Source: Acaryochloridaceae cyanobacterium VAR_48_metabat_390 (GTDB lineage: Bacteria > Cyanobacteriota > Cyanobacteriia > Thermosynechococcales > Thermosynechococcaceae). Taken from it: a DNA stretch of 15,712 nucleotides. Under the pieces are notes generated by a model. The model saw only the letters and a program-made list of their open reading frames with translations, was not told the DNA's origin and made no database searches. The position numbers and the translations under genes are program-made. Positions 1-7,703 of this stretch are shown piece by piece. The stretch spans positions 1-15,712 of the forward strand of contig JANPLU010000001.1 in the NCBI GenBank assembly GCA_031422435.1, given 5' to 3'. Within the stretch, counting starts at the first letter, position 1. The number at the start of each line of letters is the position of its first letter.

Positions 1-380
1 AAATTCAGAGAAGGATCAATCCCAGTAGCCTGAGCCGTGAGGGCAGAAGGACCGACAACACTCGTCGCCGAACTTGCCAGAACACTGCTAGAGGCTGACA
101 AATTTAACGCGCTTTGGCTAGAAGCGTTAAGCGGGGTACTGGCTCCAGCGCTGGGTAAGGCTGAACCACCGCCAACGGGTGCAGGTGCACACTCAGACGA
201 GGCGCTCGATGGAAAGGACTGCATTTCAGGCACAATGGGCTTTAAGAGTGAGCCTGAATCTACAGACCCGCCTTTGAGAGAAGCACCATAAGCCAACGGT
301 GTCTGAGCGACCTGAAAAGCACATACCATAATGCCTAAGGCAAAAGGTGAGAATTTCTGAATAGCGTTGTGTTTTTTCAT
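1..380 (-). CDS. Secreted Ser/Ala-rich hypothetical protein, 5' part only (runs off the left edge)
   Basis: Hand translation from ATG at 380: MKKHNAIQKFSPFALGIMVCAFQVAQTPLAYGASLKGGSVDSGSLLKPIVPEMQSFPSSASSECAPAPVGGGSALPSAGASTPLNASSQSALNLSASSSVLASSATSVVGPSALTAQATGIDPSLN..., open to base 1. Sec-type signal peptide (basic N-terminus, hydrophobic core, AYG/A). AAAGG lies 5 nt upstream. Co-oriented, 61 bp downstream of the 442..1137 gene. Confidence 0.8.
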   Translation of the reverse strand, partial: MKKHNAIQKFSPFALGIMVCAFQVAQTPLAYGASLKGGSVDSGSLLKPIVPEMQSFPSSASSECAPAPVGGGSALPSAGASTPLNASSQSALNLSASSSVLASSATSVVGPSALTAQATGIDPSLN

Positions 381-441
381 GCTTGCCTTTACTAAATAAT
401 CCTCCACCGTGTTTAACTTCTAGGCCTTTAGCAGCGCTGAG

Positions 442-1137
442 TTACCACAATCCCCGAATAGGCACAGGTGCAACTGGCATACCGCCCCCCTGAGGCATTG
501 GGGTAGGCGCAGGCACCATTGGGATGGTACTGACTGGTGCGGGGGTTTCGACACAGCAAATTTTGGTCGCCCAAGTCCCTGCATAGGTCGTAACCTTTAG
601 CTCCTTGCTCGGAACAAGACCTAAGCGGGCAATCGTTGCAGTATCAACAGCCGTGGTAAAAGTTTCGCCGCTAGAAGTCAGTAGCGTAACCTGATCTCCG
701 TTAATAGAAGAAATGGTTCCCTGAACTTCGCGCTCAACCGTGGCAGGCTCGATACGTGCCACGCTTCCAGAAGCGTCAGTATCAAACCCTACAAGAGAAC
801 CAGGTCGTAGACCACTGGTAGAAGAAGCTAGAGCGCTTGGAATAGTCAACTGCTTGGAGGTTCCGTCTAGTGAACGAACCTCAACCATTCCGTTTGACAT
901 GGAACGAACTAGGCCATAGTTGGCAGGTATTTTAGGCTTAGCGGAGGTTGAGTCAGAAGATGTAGAACCAGCGGGCGTAATGGAAGAGTCTGGTTGACTC
1001 TGAGCCAGTATAAATTGTGGGGTTGAGCGAGAAAACTTTGACTGAATCTCCTGAGCACTGATAGATTGCGCAGATCCCGCTAACGTAGCTGCGACAACAA
1101 GAGAAGGGAAGCTCACAATGGTCAAAAATCTTTTCAT
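442..1137 (-). CDS. Secreted hypothetical protein with two tandem small beta-rich repeats and a Pro-rich tail ending PIRGLW
   Basis: The ORF track gives 442..1194; ATG at 1137 (MKRFLTIVSFPSLVVAATLAGSAQSISA/Q) gives a clean signal peptide and is preferred. Ser/Thr linker, two ~60-aa repeats, Pro-rich C-terminus. Confidence 0.8.
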   Translation of the reverse strand: MKRFLTIVSFPSLVVAATLAGSAQSISAQEIQSKFSRSTPQFILAQSQPDSSITPAGSTSSDSTSAKPKIPANYGLVRSMSNGMVEVRSLDGTSKQLTIPSALASSTSGLRPGSLVGFDTDASGSVARIEPATVEREVQGTISSINGDQVTLLTSSGETFTTAVDTATIARLGLVPSKELKVTTYAGTWATKICCVETPAPVSTIPMVPAPTPMPQGGGMPVAPVPIRGLW

Positions 1138-1738
1138 CGGATTACTCAAAATGCAATTAGTGTATGTGTCAAATTTTTCATCCCCCGCCGTCACACCATA
1201 TCTTAACCAGGCTTTCCCTGATTGTCTCTAGTTTCTAAGTTTAATAAGAAAATAGTCAAACTTAACAAACTGATAAGACCTAGGGAGGCGTGCTGACGGT
1301 TGACAATAAAATTACCTATAAAGGAAAGAGATGTTTCACTAGACAACGCGTTCTATAAAATCAAGCTGATCTTGCGCTCTGTCTTAAGACTCTGCTCTTA
1401 TGGACTAGGCGAGTCACAGACCACAGCGCTTCAATTATGTTTTGCCAGACTTCAGCAGTGCTGGCCACTTGCTTGACTCATCGATTCGTTTTTTAGCGAT
1501 CATTCTCATAACGTGACTTCAACACTAATATAGTACATCGCTATGTCAATTGCTTTTAGGTTCCAAAGGTTTCCTTAAGAGTAGCTTTTAGAGCGGTGTT
1601 ATGGACAAGTCTTAAAGTCTAGGTCTATGTTCAGAGTACGAAATAGGGAGCTGTTTTTCCCTTGCTCCATAAGGTATGAACCAAAATTAATTTCTCTTAA
1701 AGTCTTTACTGTACTGCCAGTGTTCTAGAAAGGTCATT

Positions 1739-4018
1739 ATGCATCCTGAACAAGAATCGGTCGACTTAGAGTTAGCAAAAAGCTATGAAGCTGCGGAATA
1801 TCTGGGGATAAAAAGCTGGAATGCTAATGATATGCCCCAAAAGCAGGGTCTGACCCTCAATCCGATTAAGCGGCTAGTCCAACGCAATTGGCTACTGATT
1901 GCCATTCCTACGCTTTTGGCAGGGGGTATTACAAGTGCATTGGTGCTGCTAAGCCCTCAAAGCTACTCTGGAATGTTTCAGGTGTTAGTAGAACCAATGA
2001 GTACAGAAGGAAAGCTGGTACAGCCTGCTGTCCTCTCACCCGATGCTAGTACGGCGGCAGCAGAGCTTGACTATTTAACATTGCTCAGGGTTCTGACTAG
2101 CCCAAGTGTCTTGTCAGGGATTCTTCAGAAAATTAAGGTGAAGTATCCTAAGGTGGATTATGCTGACTTAACTGAAAGGTTAGTTGTTGAGCGTATTGAA
2201 AAAAATCCGGCTGAAAAAACAAAAATCCTCAGCGTGACCTATGAGAGCGCAGATACTCAAAAAATTCTGTTTATATTGAATGAGTTGGCTGCGGGCTACC
2301 TGAAGTTTGGCCTAGAGGATCGCAAGAGCCAAATTGGCGGAGGGGTTGCATTTATTGAGCAGCAGTTGCCAGCATTGAAACAAAGGGTTGAAGCGCTAGA
2401 AGCCCAGATGCAGGCCTTACAGCAGCAGAATAGTATTAGCGATCTGGATAGTGAAGGCTCGGCGTTAGCCCAGCAGTCTCGTCAGCTTCAAACGCAGCAG
2501 CTTGAGGCTCAGCGAGATTTGGCTGCCCAAAAAAGTCTTTATGGCAATCTCCAGCAGCAGTTGGGAGGCTTGACACCAAAGGATGTGATTAATGCATCTT
2601 CTCTAAGTGAGAATCCTCGTTACCAGGCGCTGCTGTCTCAACTGAAGCAGCTTGAGGCTCAAATTGCGCTTCAGTCTGCTCAATTCCAGCCTGAGTTTCC
2701 GGGACTGCAGACGCTGCAAGAGCAGCGTAAAGGTTTACTAACGCTGCTGCAGCAAGAGTCGCAAAAGCTGGTGGGCAGCAATTCTGTCCCGCAGTTTCAG
2801 GCTTCAATCCAAAAGACCATGAGTCAGCAGTTGGTCGATGCGCTCAATCAAACACAGGTTTTGGAGGTTCGTAATCAGGCTTTGATTCAAGCAAGTGCGG
2901 CGATTGAGCAAAAAACAAAGCAATTTCCTGAAATTAAAAGACGTGCTAACGACCTACAGGCTCAGCTTGAAATTGCCCAAAATACCCTGAAGCAGCTTCA
3001 GCTTAAGCGCGAAAGCTTGCGGGTTGAAGCGGCTCAAAAAGAGGTGCCTTGGCGCTTGCTCTCTAAGCCAGACTTGCTTAGAGATTCTCAGGGGCAGCCT
3101 ATTTCGTCTTCGCGCAAGGGATTGCAAAAGGTTTTGCTGGGCATTTTAGGGGGCTTTTTACTGGGGCTGGGTCTTGCAATTCTTCGAGAAAAGCGCCGAG
3201 ATATTTTCTATTCTTTGGAGGATTTACAGGAAGATGTAAAATCTCCTGTGGTTGGCGTCTTTCCTGTAGAGGTCAAATCAACTTCGGTTTTGCCTAGCAG
3301 CCAGTTGGCAAACGAACCCTGGACAGATCATCCCTCTCCGTTACTAAAGGCGGCAGAGTCGCTTTACACAAACCTGAGGTTTTTGCCCCTCGAAACGGGA
3401 CTTAAATCGCTGGTGATTGCATCTGCTAGTCCCCGAGATGGCAAAACGACAGTCATCACCTATTTGGCGAAGGCTGCTGCCAGTATGGGGCAGCGGGTGT
3501 TAGTGGTAGATGCCAATATGGTGACCCCACAGATTCATTCTTGGCTAGATGTGCCAAATTTTGAGGGGCTTAATGAGGTGTTGACCAAAAGCATTGACCC
3601 CAATCAGCTCATCCAGCGATCGCCGCAGCAGACTAATCTCTTTGTGCTAACTTCGGGACAGGTTTCAGCCGCCTCTCGTAAGCTTGTTGCTTCTCAGCAA
3701 ATGCAGCACTTAATGGCGCAGCTTCAAACGATGTTTGATTTGGTGTTGTACGACACGCTGCCGCTCCAGAGCTACGCAGATGCCAATTTTCTTTCGCGCA
3801 ATGCCGATGGAATGCTGATGGTCGTGAGCGTCAAGAAAACGCGGCGATCACTGGTTTTAAGGCTTTTGAAAAAGATCCAAGGCGTTCAGATCCCACTATT
3901 GGGTATTGTGGCGAATCAGGTTAAGTTAATGCCTGAGCGTGAGGTCAGCAATAGAGATTCTCTAGATCATTTTGAAGATGAATTTGAGATGTTTCGCATT
4001 GCGCCTTCACAAGAGTGA
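1739..4018 (+). CDS. wzc: GumC/Wzc-family polysaccharide co-polymerase / BY-kinase-like chain-length determinant
   Basis: N-terminal TM segment (WLLIAIPTLLAGGITSALVLL), long Gln-rich coiled-coil region, second TM (VLLGILGGFLLGLGLAIL), C-terminal P-loop domain with Walker A SASPRDGKTT, A' VLVVDAN, Walker B DLVLYDTLP and closing LLGIVAN. The symbol is family-level only. Confidence 0.92.
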   Translation: MHPEQESVDLELAKSYEAAEYLGIKSWNANDMPQKQGLTLNPIKRLVQRNWLLIAIPTLLAGGITSALVLLSPQSYSGMFQVLVEPMSTEGKLVQPAVLSPDASTAAAELDYLTLLRVLTSPSVLSGILQKIKVKYPKVDYADLTERLVVERIEKNPAEKTKILSVTYESADTQKILFILNELAAGYLKFGLEDRKSQIGGGVAFIEQQLPALKQRVEALEAQMQALQQQNSISDLDSEGSALAQQSRQLQTQQLEAQRDLAAQKSLYGNLQQQLGGLTPKDVINASSLSENPRYQALLSQLKQLEAQIALQSAQFQPEFPGLQTLQEQRKGLLTLLQQESQKLVGSNSVPQFQASIQKTMSQQLVDALNQTQVLEVRNQALIQASAAIEQKTKQFPEIKRRANDLQAQLEIAQNTLKQLQLKRESLRVEAAQKEVPWRLLSKPDLLRDSQGQPISSSRKGLQKVLLGILGGFLLGLGLAILREKRRDIFYSLEDLQEDVKSPVVGVFPVEVKSTSVLPSSQLANEPWTDHPSPLLKAAESLYTNLRFLPLETGLKSLVIASASPRDGKTTVITYLAKAAASMGQRVLVVDANMVTPQIHSWLDVPNFEGLNEVLTKSIDPNQLIQRSPQQTNLFVLTSGQVSAASRKLVASQQMQHLMAQLQTMFDLVLYDTLPLQSYADANFLSRNADGMLMVVSVKKTRRSLVLRLLKKIQGVQIPLLGIVANQVKLMPEREVSNRDSLDHFEDEFEMFRIAPSQE

Positions 4019-4078
4019 GCAAAATGGGAATACTAGAGGCTAACCTACGCTAGATGTTGAGTTTTATGTGCTGTTTTT

Positions 4079-5305
4079 ATGCACCTTAGTGCCGCCGCTC
4101 TCGTCCTGGGGCTGAGTTGGATCCCAATGATAGGCTTGGGAGGGCTGGGGTTAATCTTTTTAATTGAGGTTTGGTCGGCTCAACCTCGTTTAGAGAGTGT
4201 CCAGGGGGCAACAGTCTTCACCGCTTCACCACGCACTACGATTTTGGTTCCTGCCCACAACGAAGAGGCAGACATTGGGGTCACGGTTCAGTCTCTTTTA
4301 GGAGATTTGCAGCCTTGCGATCGCCTGATTGTGATTGCAGATAACTGTAGCGATCGCACGGCTGAAGCCGCCCGACGGGCAGGTGCATTTGTGTTAGAGC
4401 GCACCGATCTTGTGCAGAAGGGTAAGGGGTACGCCCTGGACTATGGACTCAAGTTTTTGGCAAAAGATCCGCCAGAGATGGTGGTGTTTATGGATGCAGA
4501 CTGCACTGTAAAACCAGGAAGTATTGGAATTTTGGTACAAACGGCCTGGGATCTTCAGTGTCCAGTTCAAAGCACCTACTTAATGGAGCAACCCGCAGAA
4601 GCGACGCTTCGCGATCAGATTTCGGCGTTTGCCATCACCCTTAAAAACCTGGTGCGTCCCCTTGGCATGAAAGCATTGGGATGGCCTTGCCTATTAACGG
4701 GTTCGGGCATGGCTTTACCCTGGAGCTTACTGGTGCCAATTTCTTTGGCAGGCAATCGAAATGCAGACGATATGCAGCTTACGGTGGATCTGTCGCTTCA
4801 GGATGTATCGCCTGTGTATGAGCCGCGATCGCAGGTGATGGGTCGGCTGATGCAAGCAGAGGACGCCTATAGCCAGCGCACCCGATGGGAACACGGTCAT
4901 CTCAGAATGATTTTGACCCAGGTGCCTCGACTGCTGAAAGCCATGGTGGTTCAGCGACGCTTTGATTTACTCATTTTGGCCTGCGATATGGCCATTCCGC
5001 CACTCTCTCTATTTATATTGCTGTGGATAGGAACTGCGGTTTTAAATTTAGGGGCGCTTAGTCTTGGCGTGGGGAATCCCTGGAGCTTCATGTTTAGCCT
5101 TTTGATAGGGTTGCCCATTATTTTGGGCGTTTGGACGGCCTGGCATCGATTTGGGCGCACTCTTCTGCCGAGCCAAAACTGGAAGGAAATTCCTCGCTAT
5201 CTACTCTGGAAAGCACCCATCTATCTAAAATTTATGACCCGTCCACAGACCCGCTGGCTCAAAACCGAACGGGATGGAGATAGAAGGGCTGATCGGTCTG
5301 ATTAA
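4079..5305 (+). CDS. Glycosyltransferase family 2, membrane-bound (cellulose synthase/PgaC-like superfamily)
   Basis: Motifs ILVPAHNEE, VIADNCSDRT, GKGYALD, DxD (FMDADC), LTGSGM and QxxRW (QRTRW); N- and C-terminal TM helices; directly downstream of the wzc-like gene. Confidence 0.92.
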   Translation: MHLSAAALVLGLSWIPMIGLGGLGLIFLIEVWSAQPRLESVQGATVFTASPRTTILVPAHNEEADIGVTVQSLLGDLQPCDRLIVIADNCSDRTAEAARRAGAFVLERTDLVQKGKGYALDYGLKFLAKDPPEMVVFMDADCTVKPGSIGILVQTAWDLQCPVQSTYLMEQPAEATLRDQISAFAITLKNLVRPLGMKALGWPCLLTGSGMALPWSLLVPISLAGNRNADDMQLTVDLSLQDVSPVYEPRSQVMGRLMQAEDAYSQRTRWEHGHLRMILTQVPRLLKAMVVQRRFDLLILACDMAIPPLSLFILLWIGTAVLNLGALSLGVGNPWSFMFSLLIGLPIILGVWTAWHRFGRTLLPSQNWKEIPRYLLWKAPIYLKFMTRPQTRWLKTERDGDRRADRSD

Positions 5306-5408
5306 CTGTGCTGTTTAACCCATGCCATCATAGGGAAACGGTTTGAAGCAGAAGGACTATCCTCAACGCTGCCAACGCCTAAACCCACTGAATGGATAAG
5401 TGATCGGA

Positions 5409-6947
5409 ATGGATAAAATGCAGGGATTTGCTTGGAAAACACTCCAAAATGGGTCAGATATCCGAGGCGTTGCACTAGAGGGGGTTGTAGATGAGGCCGT
5501 CAATCTAACGCCTGAAGTGGTCAGTATTTTAGGCAAAGCATTTGTGCGGTGGCTTGAGCAAAAGCTAGAGACAGCCGCTGCTGCTCTAACCATAGCCCTA
5601 GGGCGAGATAGTCGTCTATCTGGGGAACTGCTGATACAGGCTGCTATTGATGGCATTTCATCTTTAGGCGTTACTGTCTATGACTTTGACATTGCTTCTA
5701 CCCCCGCAATGTTTATGAGTACGGTGACGGCTGGGTTTAACTGCTGTGGAGCCATTATGTTGACTGCCAGTCATTTACCCTTTAATCGCAATGGACTCAA
5801 GTTTTTTACAGCGCAGGGTGGCCTTGGAAAGCAAGATATTACAGACATCTTAAAGCTGGCGCAGCAAAATGACTTTGGCAGTGCCGCAAAAAGGGGTGAA
5901 GTGACAAAGCGCGACTTTATTTCTATCTATGCCAATCATCTTGTGCAGACTATTCGGCAGGGGGTTAATCATCCCCATTGCTACGAGCAGCCCCTGAAAG
6001 GATTTAAAATTATTGTAGACGCTGGGAATGGGGCTGGAGGTTTTTTTGCTAGCAAAGTGCTTGAGCCACTGGGTGCCGACACTAGAGGGAGTCAATTTCT
6101 AGAGCCGGATGGCACATTCCCGAACCATATCCCGAACCCTGAAGATAAAGTCGCCATGGTAGCCATCTCTCAGGCGGTGATTAACCATAAGGCGGATCTT
6201 GGCATCATTTTTGATACCGATGTTGATCGTGGCGCTGCGGTTGATCGCCTAGGTCAACCGCTTAACCGCAATCATCTGATTGCGCTGCTGTCAGCGATTG
6301 TCCTGCGGGAGCATCCTGGAAGCACGATTGTGACTGATTCTGCCACCTCTGATGGCTTAACTCAGTTTATTGAGGAAGATTTGCAGGGCATTCACCATCG
6401 TTTTAAGCGTGGCTACAAGAACGTCATTGACGAAGCGATTCGCCTCAATGAGATTGGACAGAAATGCTATCTGGCGATCGAAACTTCCGGCCATGGAGCG
6501 GTGAAGGAAAACTACTTTCTCGATGACGGAGCCTATTTAGTCAGCAAGCTTTTGATTGAACTCGCTCGCTTAAGTCTGGCCGGAAAGTCGCTGTCAGATC
6601 TGATTGCTACGCTAAAGGTGCCACAGGAAAGTGAAGAATTTCGGATTAGGCTGCTGGAAAATGACTTTAAATCCTATGGAAAAAACGTTATTGATCAGCT
6701 TCAGGCCTTTACCCAATCTCAACCAAGCTGGGAAGTTGTTCCCAATAACTATGAGGGGTTAAGGGTTTCTTGCACTGCATCGAACCAGGTGGGCTGGTTT
6801 TTACTGCGCTTATCGCTCCATGACCCCGTGATGCCGATTAATATCGAGTCAGATGTCCAAGGTGGTGTGGCACAAATTAAGGCGATGCTAGCGCAATTTT
6901 TACGACAATTCGAGAGCTTAGATGTGTCAGCGCTTTCCTCTGACTAA
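5409..6947 (+). CDS. Phosphomannomutase/phosphoglucomutase (alpha-D-phosphohexomutase)
   Basis: LQNGSDIRG N-terminus, catalytic phosphoserine loop TASHLP, metal loop FDTDVDR, sugar-binding ETSGH. Start uncertain: GTG 5400, ATG 5409 or ATG 5418. Confidence 0.95.
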   Translation: MDKMQGFAWKTLQNGSDIRGVALEGVVDEAVNLTPEVVSILGKAFVRWLEQKLETAAAALTIALGRDSRLSGELLIQAAIDGISSLGVTVYDFDIASTPAMFMSTVTAGFNCCGAIMLTASHLPFNRNGLKFFTAQGGLGKQDITDILKLAQQNDFGSAAKRGEVTKRDFISIYANHLVQTIRQGVNHPHCYEQPLKGFKIIVDAGNGAGGFFASKVLEPLGADTRGSQFLEPDGTFPNHIPNPEDKVAMVAISQAVINHKADLGIIFDTDVDRGAAVDRLGQPLNRNHLIALLSAIVLREHPGSTIVTDSATSDGLTQFIEEDLQGIHHRFKRGYKNVIDEAIRLNEIGQKCYLAIETSGHGAVKENYFLDDGAYLVSKLLIELARLSLAGKSLSDLIATLKVPQESEEFRIRLLENDFKSYGKNVIDQLQAFTQSQPSWEVVPNNYEGLRVSCTASNQVGWFLLRLSLHDPVMPINIESDVQGGVAQIKAMLAQFLRQFESLDVSALSSD

Positions 6948-6976
6948 AATATGAAAATCAAACAGCATCTAGGTTG

Positions 6977-7045
6977 TGTAAGGGCGGACTTTGCAGATGA
7001 ATCATAGAATTTTCCACTGCGAGATCGGCTAAACTCGCCCTTACA
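6977..7045. repeat. REP-like/MITE-like imperfect inverted repeat between convergent genes
   Basis: TGTAAGGGCG (6977-6986) pairs perfectly with CGCCCTTACA (7036-7045); the stem extends imperfectly inward (GACTTTGCAGAT / ATCGGCTAAACT). Resembles, from memory, GTAG-type cyanobacterial REP elements (GTAGGGGCGGGTTT...AAACCCGCCCCTAC). Confidence 0.7.
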
Positions 7046-7054
7046 TCTTCAGTA

Positions 7055-7474
7055 TCATTCGCGTGTAAGTTGAATGGGGCCGTTGAAGTCGAGGGTTACA
7101 GCATCGCTGGTAAGAGACACCGTAACCACACTTTTAAGCGTAGGTGGAGCTGTAGGTTGTCCCCCAAGAAAGGTAAAGGTCAGGGTACTGTTGCCATTAT
7201 CTTTGAAGGGAGATTGAGTGGCTGGTCCATACATTGAGGTCTCTGCCCGATAGTTATTGAGTCCGCCATTTGCGCGTTCTGCAGCTTGCCGAGCTAAATT
7301 CATGGCGCGTGTTTGCGCCCCGTCTGGGTAGACGGGCGATGTTTTGGCAGGCTCCCCTAAAAAGCCATCTATAATGCCGCGAATTTTAGAAGGAATTTCT
7401 TGCGAATTTGCAGTAGACACGCCCTGAAGTAGGGTTGCGCTGATCAAGCTAAGGACAATCAGTATTTTATTCAT
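7055..7474 (-). CDS. Small secreted conserved cyanobacterial hypothetical protein
   Basis: Signal peptide MNKILIVLSLISATLLQGVSTANS/Q; GGGAGAG upstream on the minus strand; core RAMNLARQAAERANGGLNNYRAE...DNGNSTLTFTFLGG looks like a conserved cyanobacterial domain of unknown function. Confidence 0.8.
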   Translation of the reverse strand: MNKILIVLSLISATLLQGVSTANSQEIPSKIRGIIDGFLGEPAKTSPVYPDGAQTRAMNLARQAAERANGGLNNYRAETSMYGPATQSPFKDNGNSTLTFTFLGGQPTAPPTLKSVVTVSLTSDAVTLDFNGPIQLTRE

Positions 7475-7664
7475 GGTGCTATTACTCTCCCGTTATCTCA
7501 AGTGCTACAAGCCTTTCCATGCCTAAATTTCTCGCAATAGCCCCATTATTTCAGTAATCTTCGTCATCCATCAAAGGTGAGTTTGATCACAGGTGTCTGT
7601 CGGTTGCGTAGCGCTTCGTGAGGTTATCTGAACAGCTCAACCCATGAGGTTCTAAACCACCTTT

Positions 7665-7670
7665 TATAAT
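7665..7670 (+). promoter_or_regulatory. Candidate -10 element for the 7704 gene
   Basis: Perfect TATAAT 33 nt upstream of ATG 7704; no matching -35, which is common in cyanobacteria. Confidence 0.35.
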
Positions 7671-7703
7671 GGAAAAGAGGCTGGTTAATTCTTTCGCAAC
7701 ATT

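Noticed and set aside
37..291. 84-aa plus-strand ORF from the track
   Set aside because: Antisense shadow of the longer signal-peptide ORF on the minus strand (380 to the left edge).
1138..1194. N-terminal extension from the GTG at 1194
   Set aside because: ATG 1137 places the signal peptide at the N-terminus; the extra 19 aa look non-coding.
1300..1322. Perfect TTGACA followed by TATAAA
   Set aside because: The spacer is only 11 nt, incompatible with a sigma70 promoter.
1710..1725. GTAC...GTTC resembling a cyanobacterial LexA box
   Set aside because: Half-sites are 7 nt apart rather than the 4 nt of RGTACNNNDGTWCB.
2589..6095. Short minus-strand ORFs 2589..2807, 4951..5160, 5363..5656 and 5850..6095
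   Set aside because: All lie antisense to well-supported genes and have no recognisable motifs.
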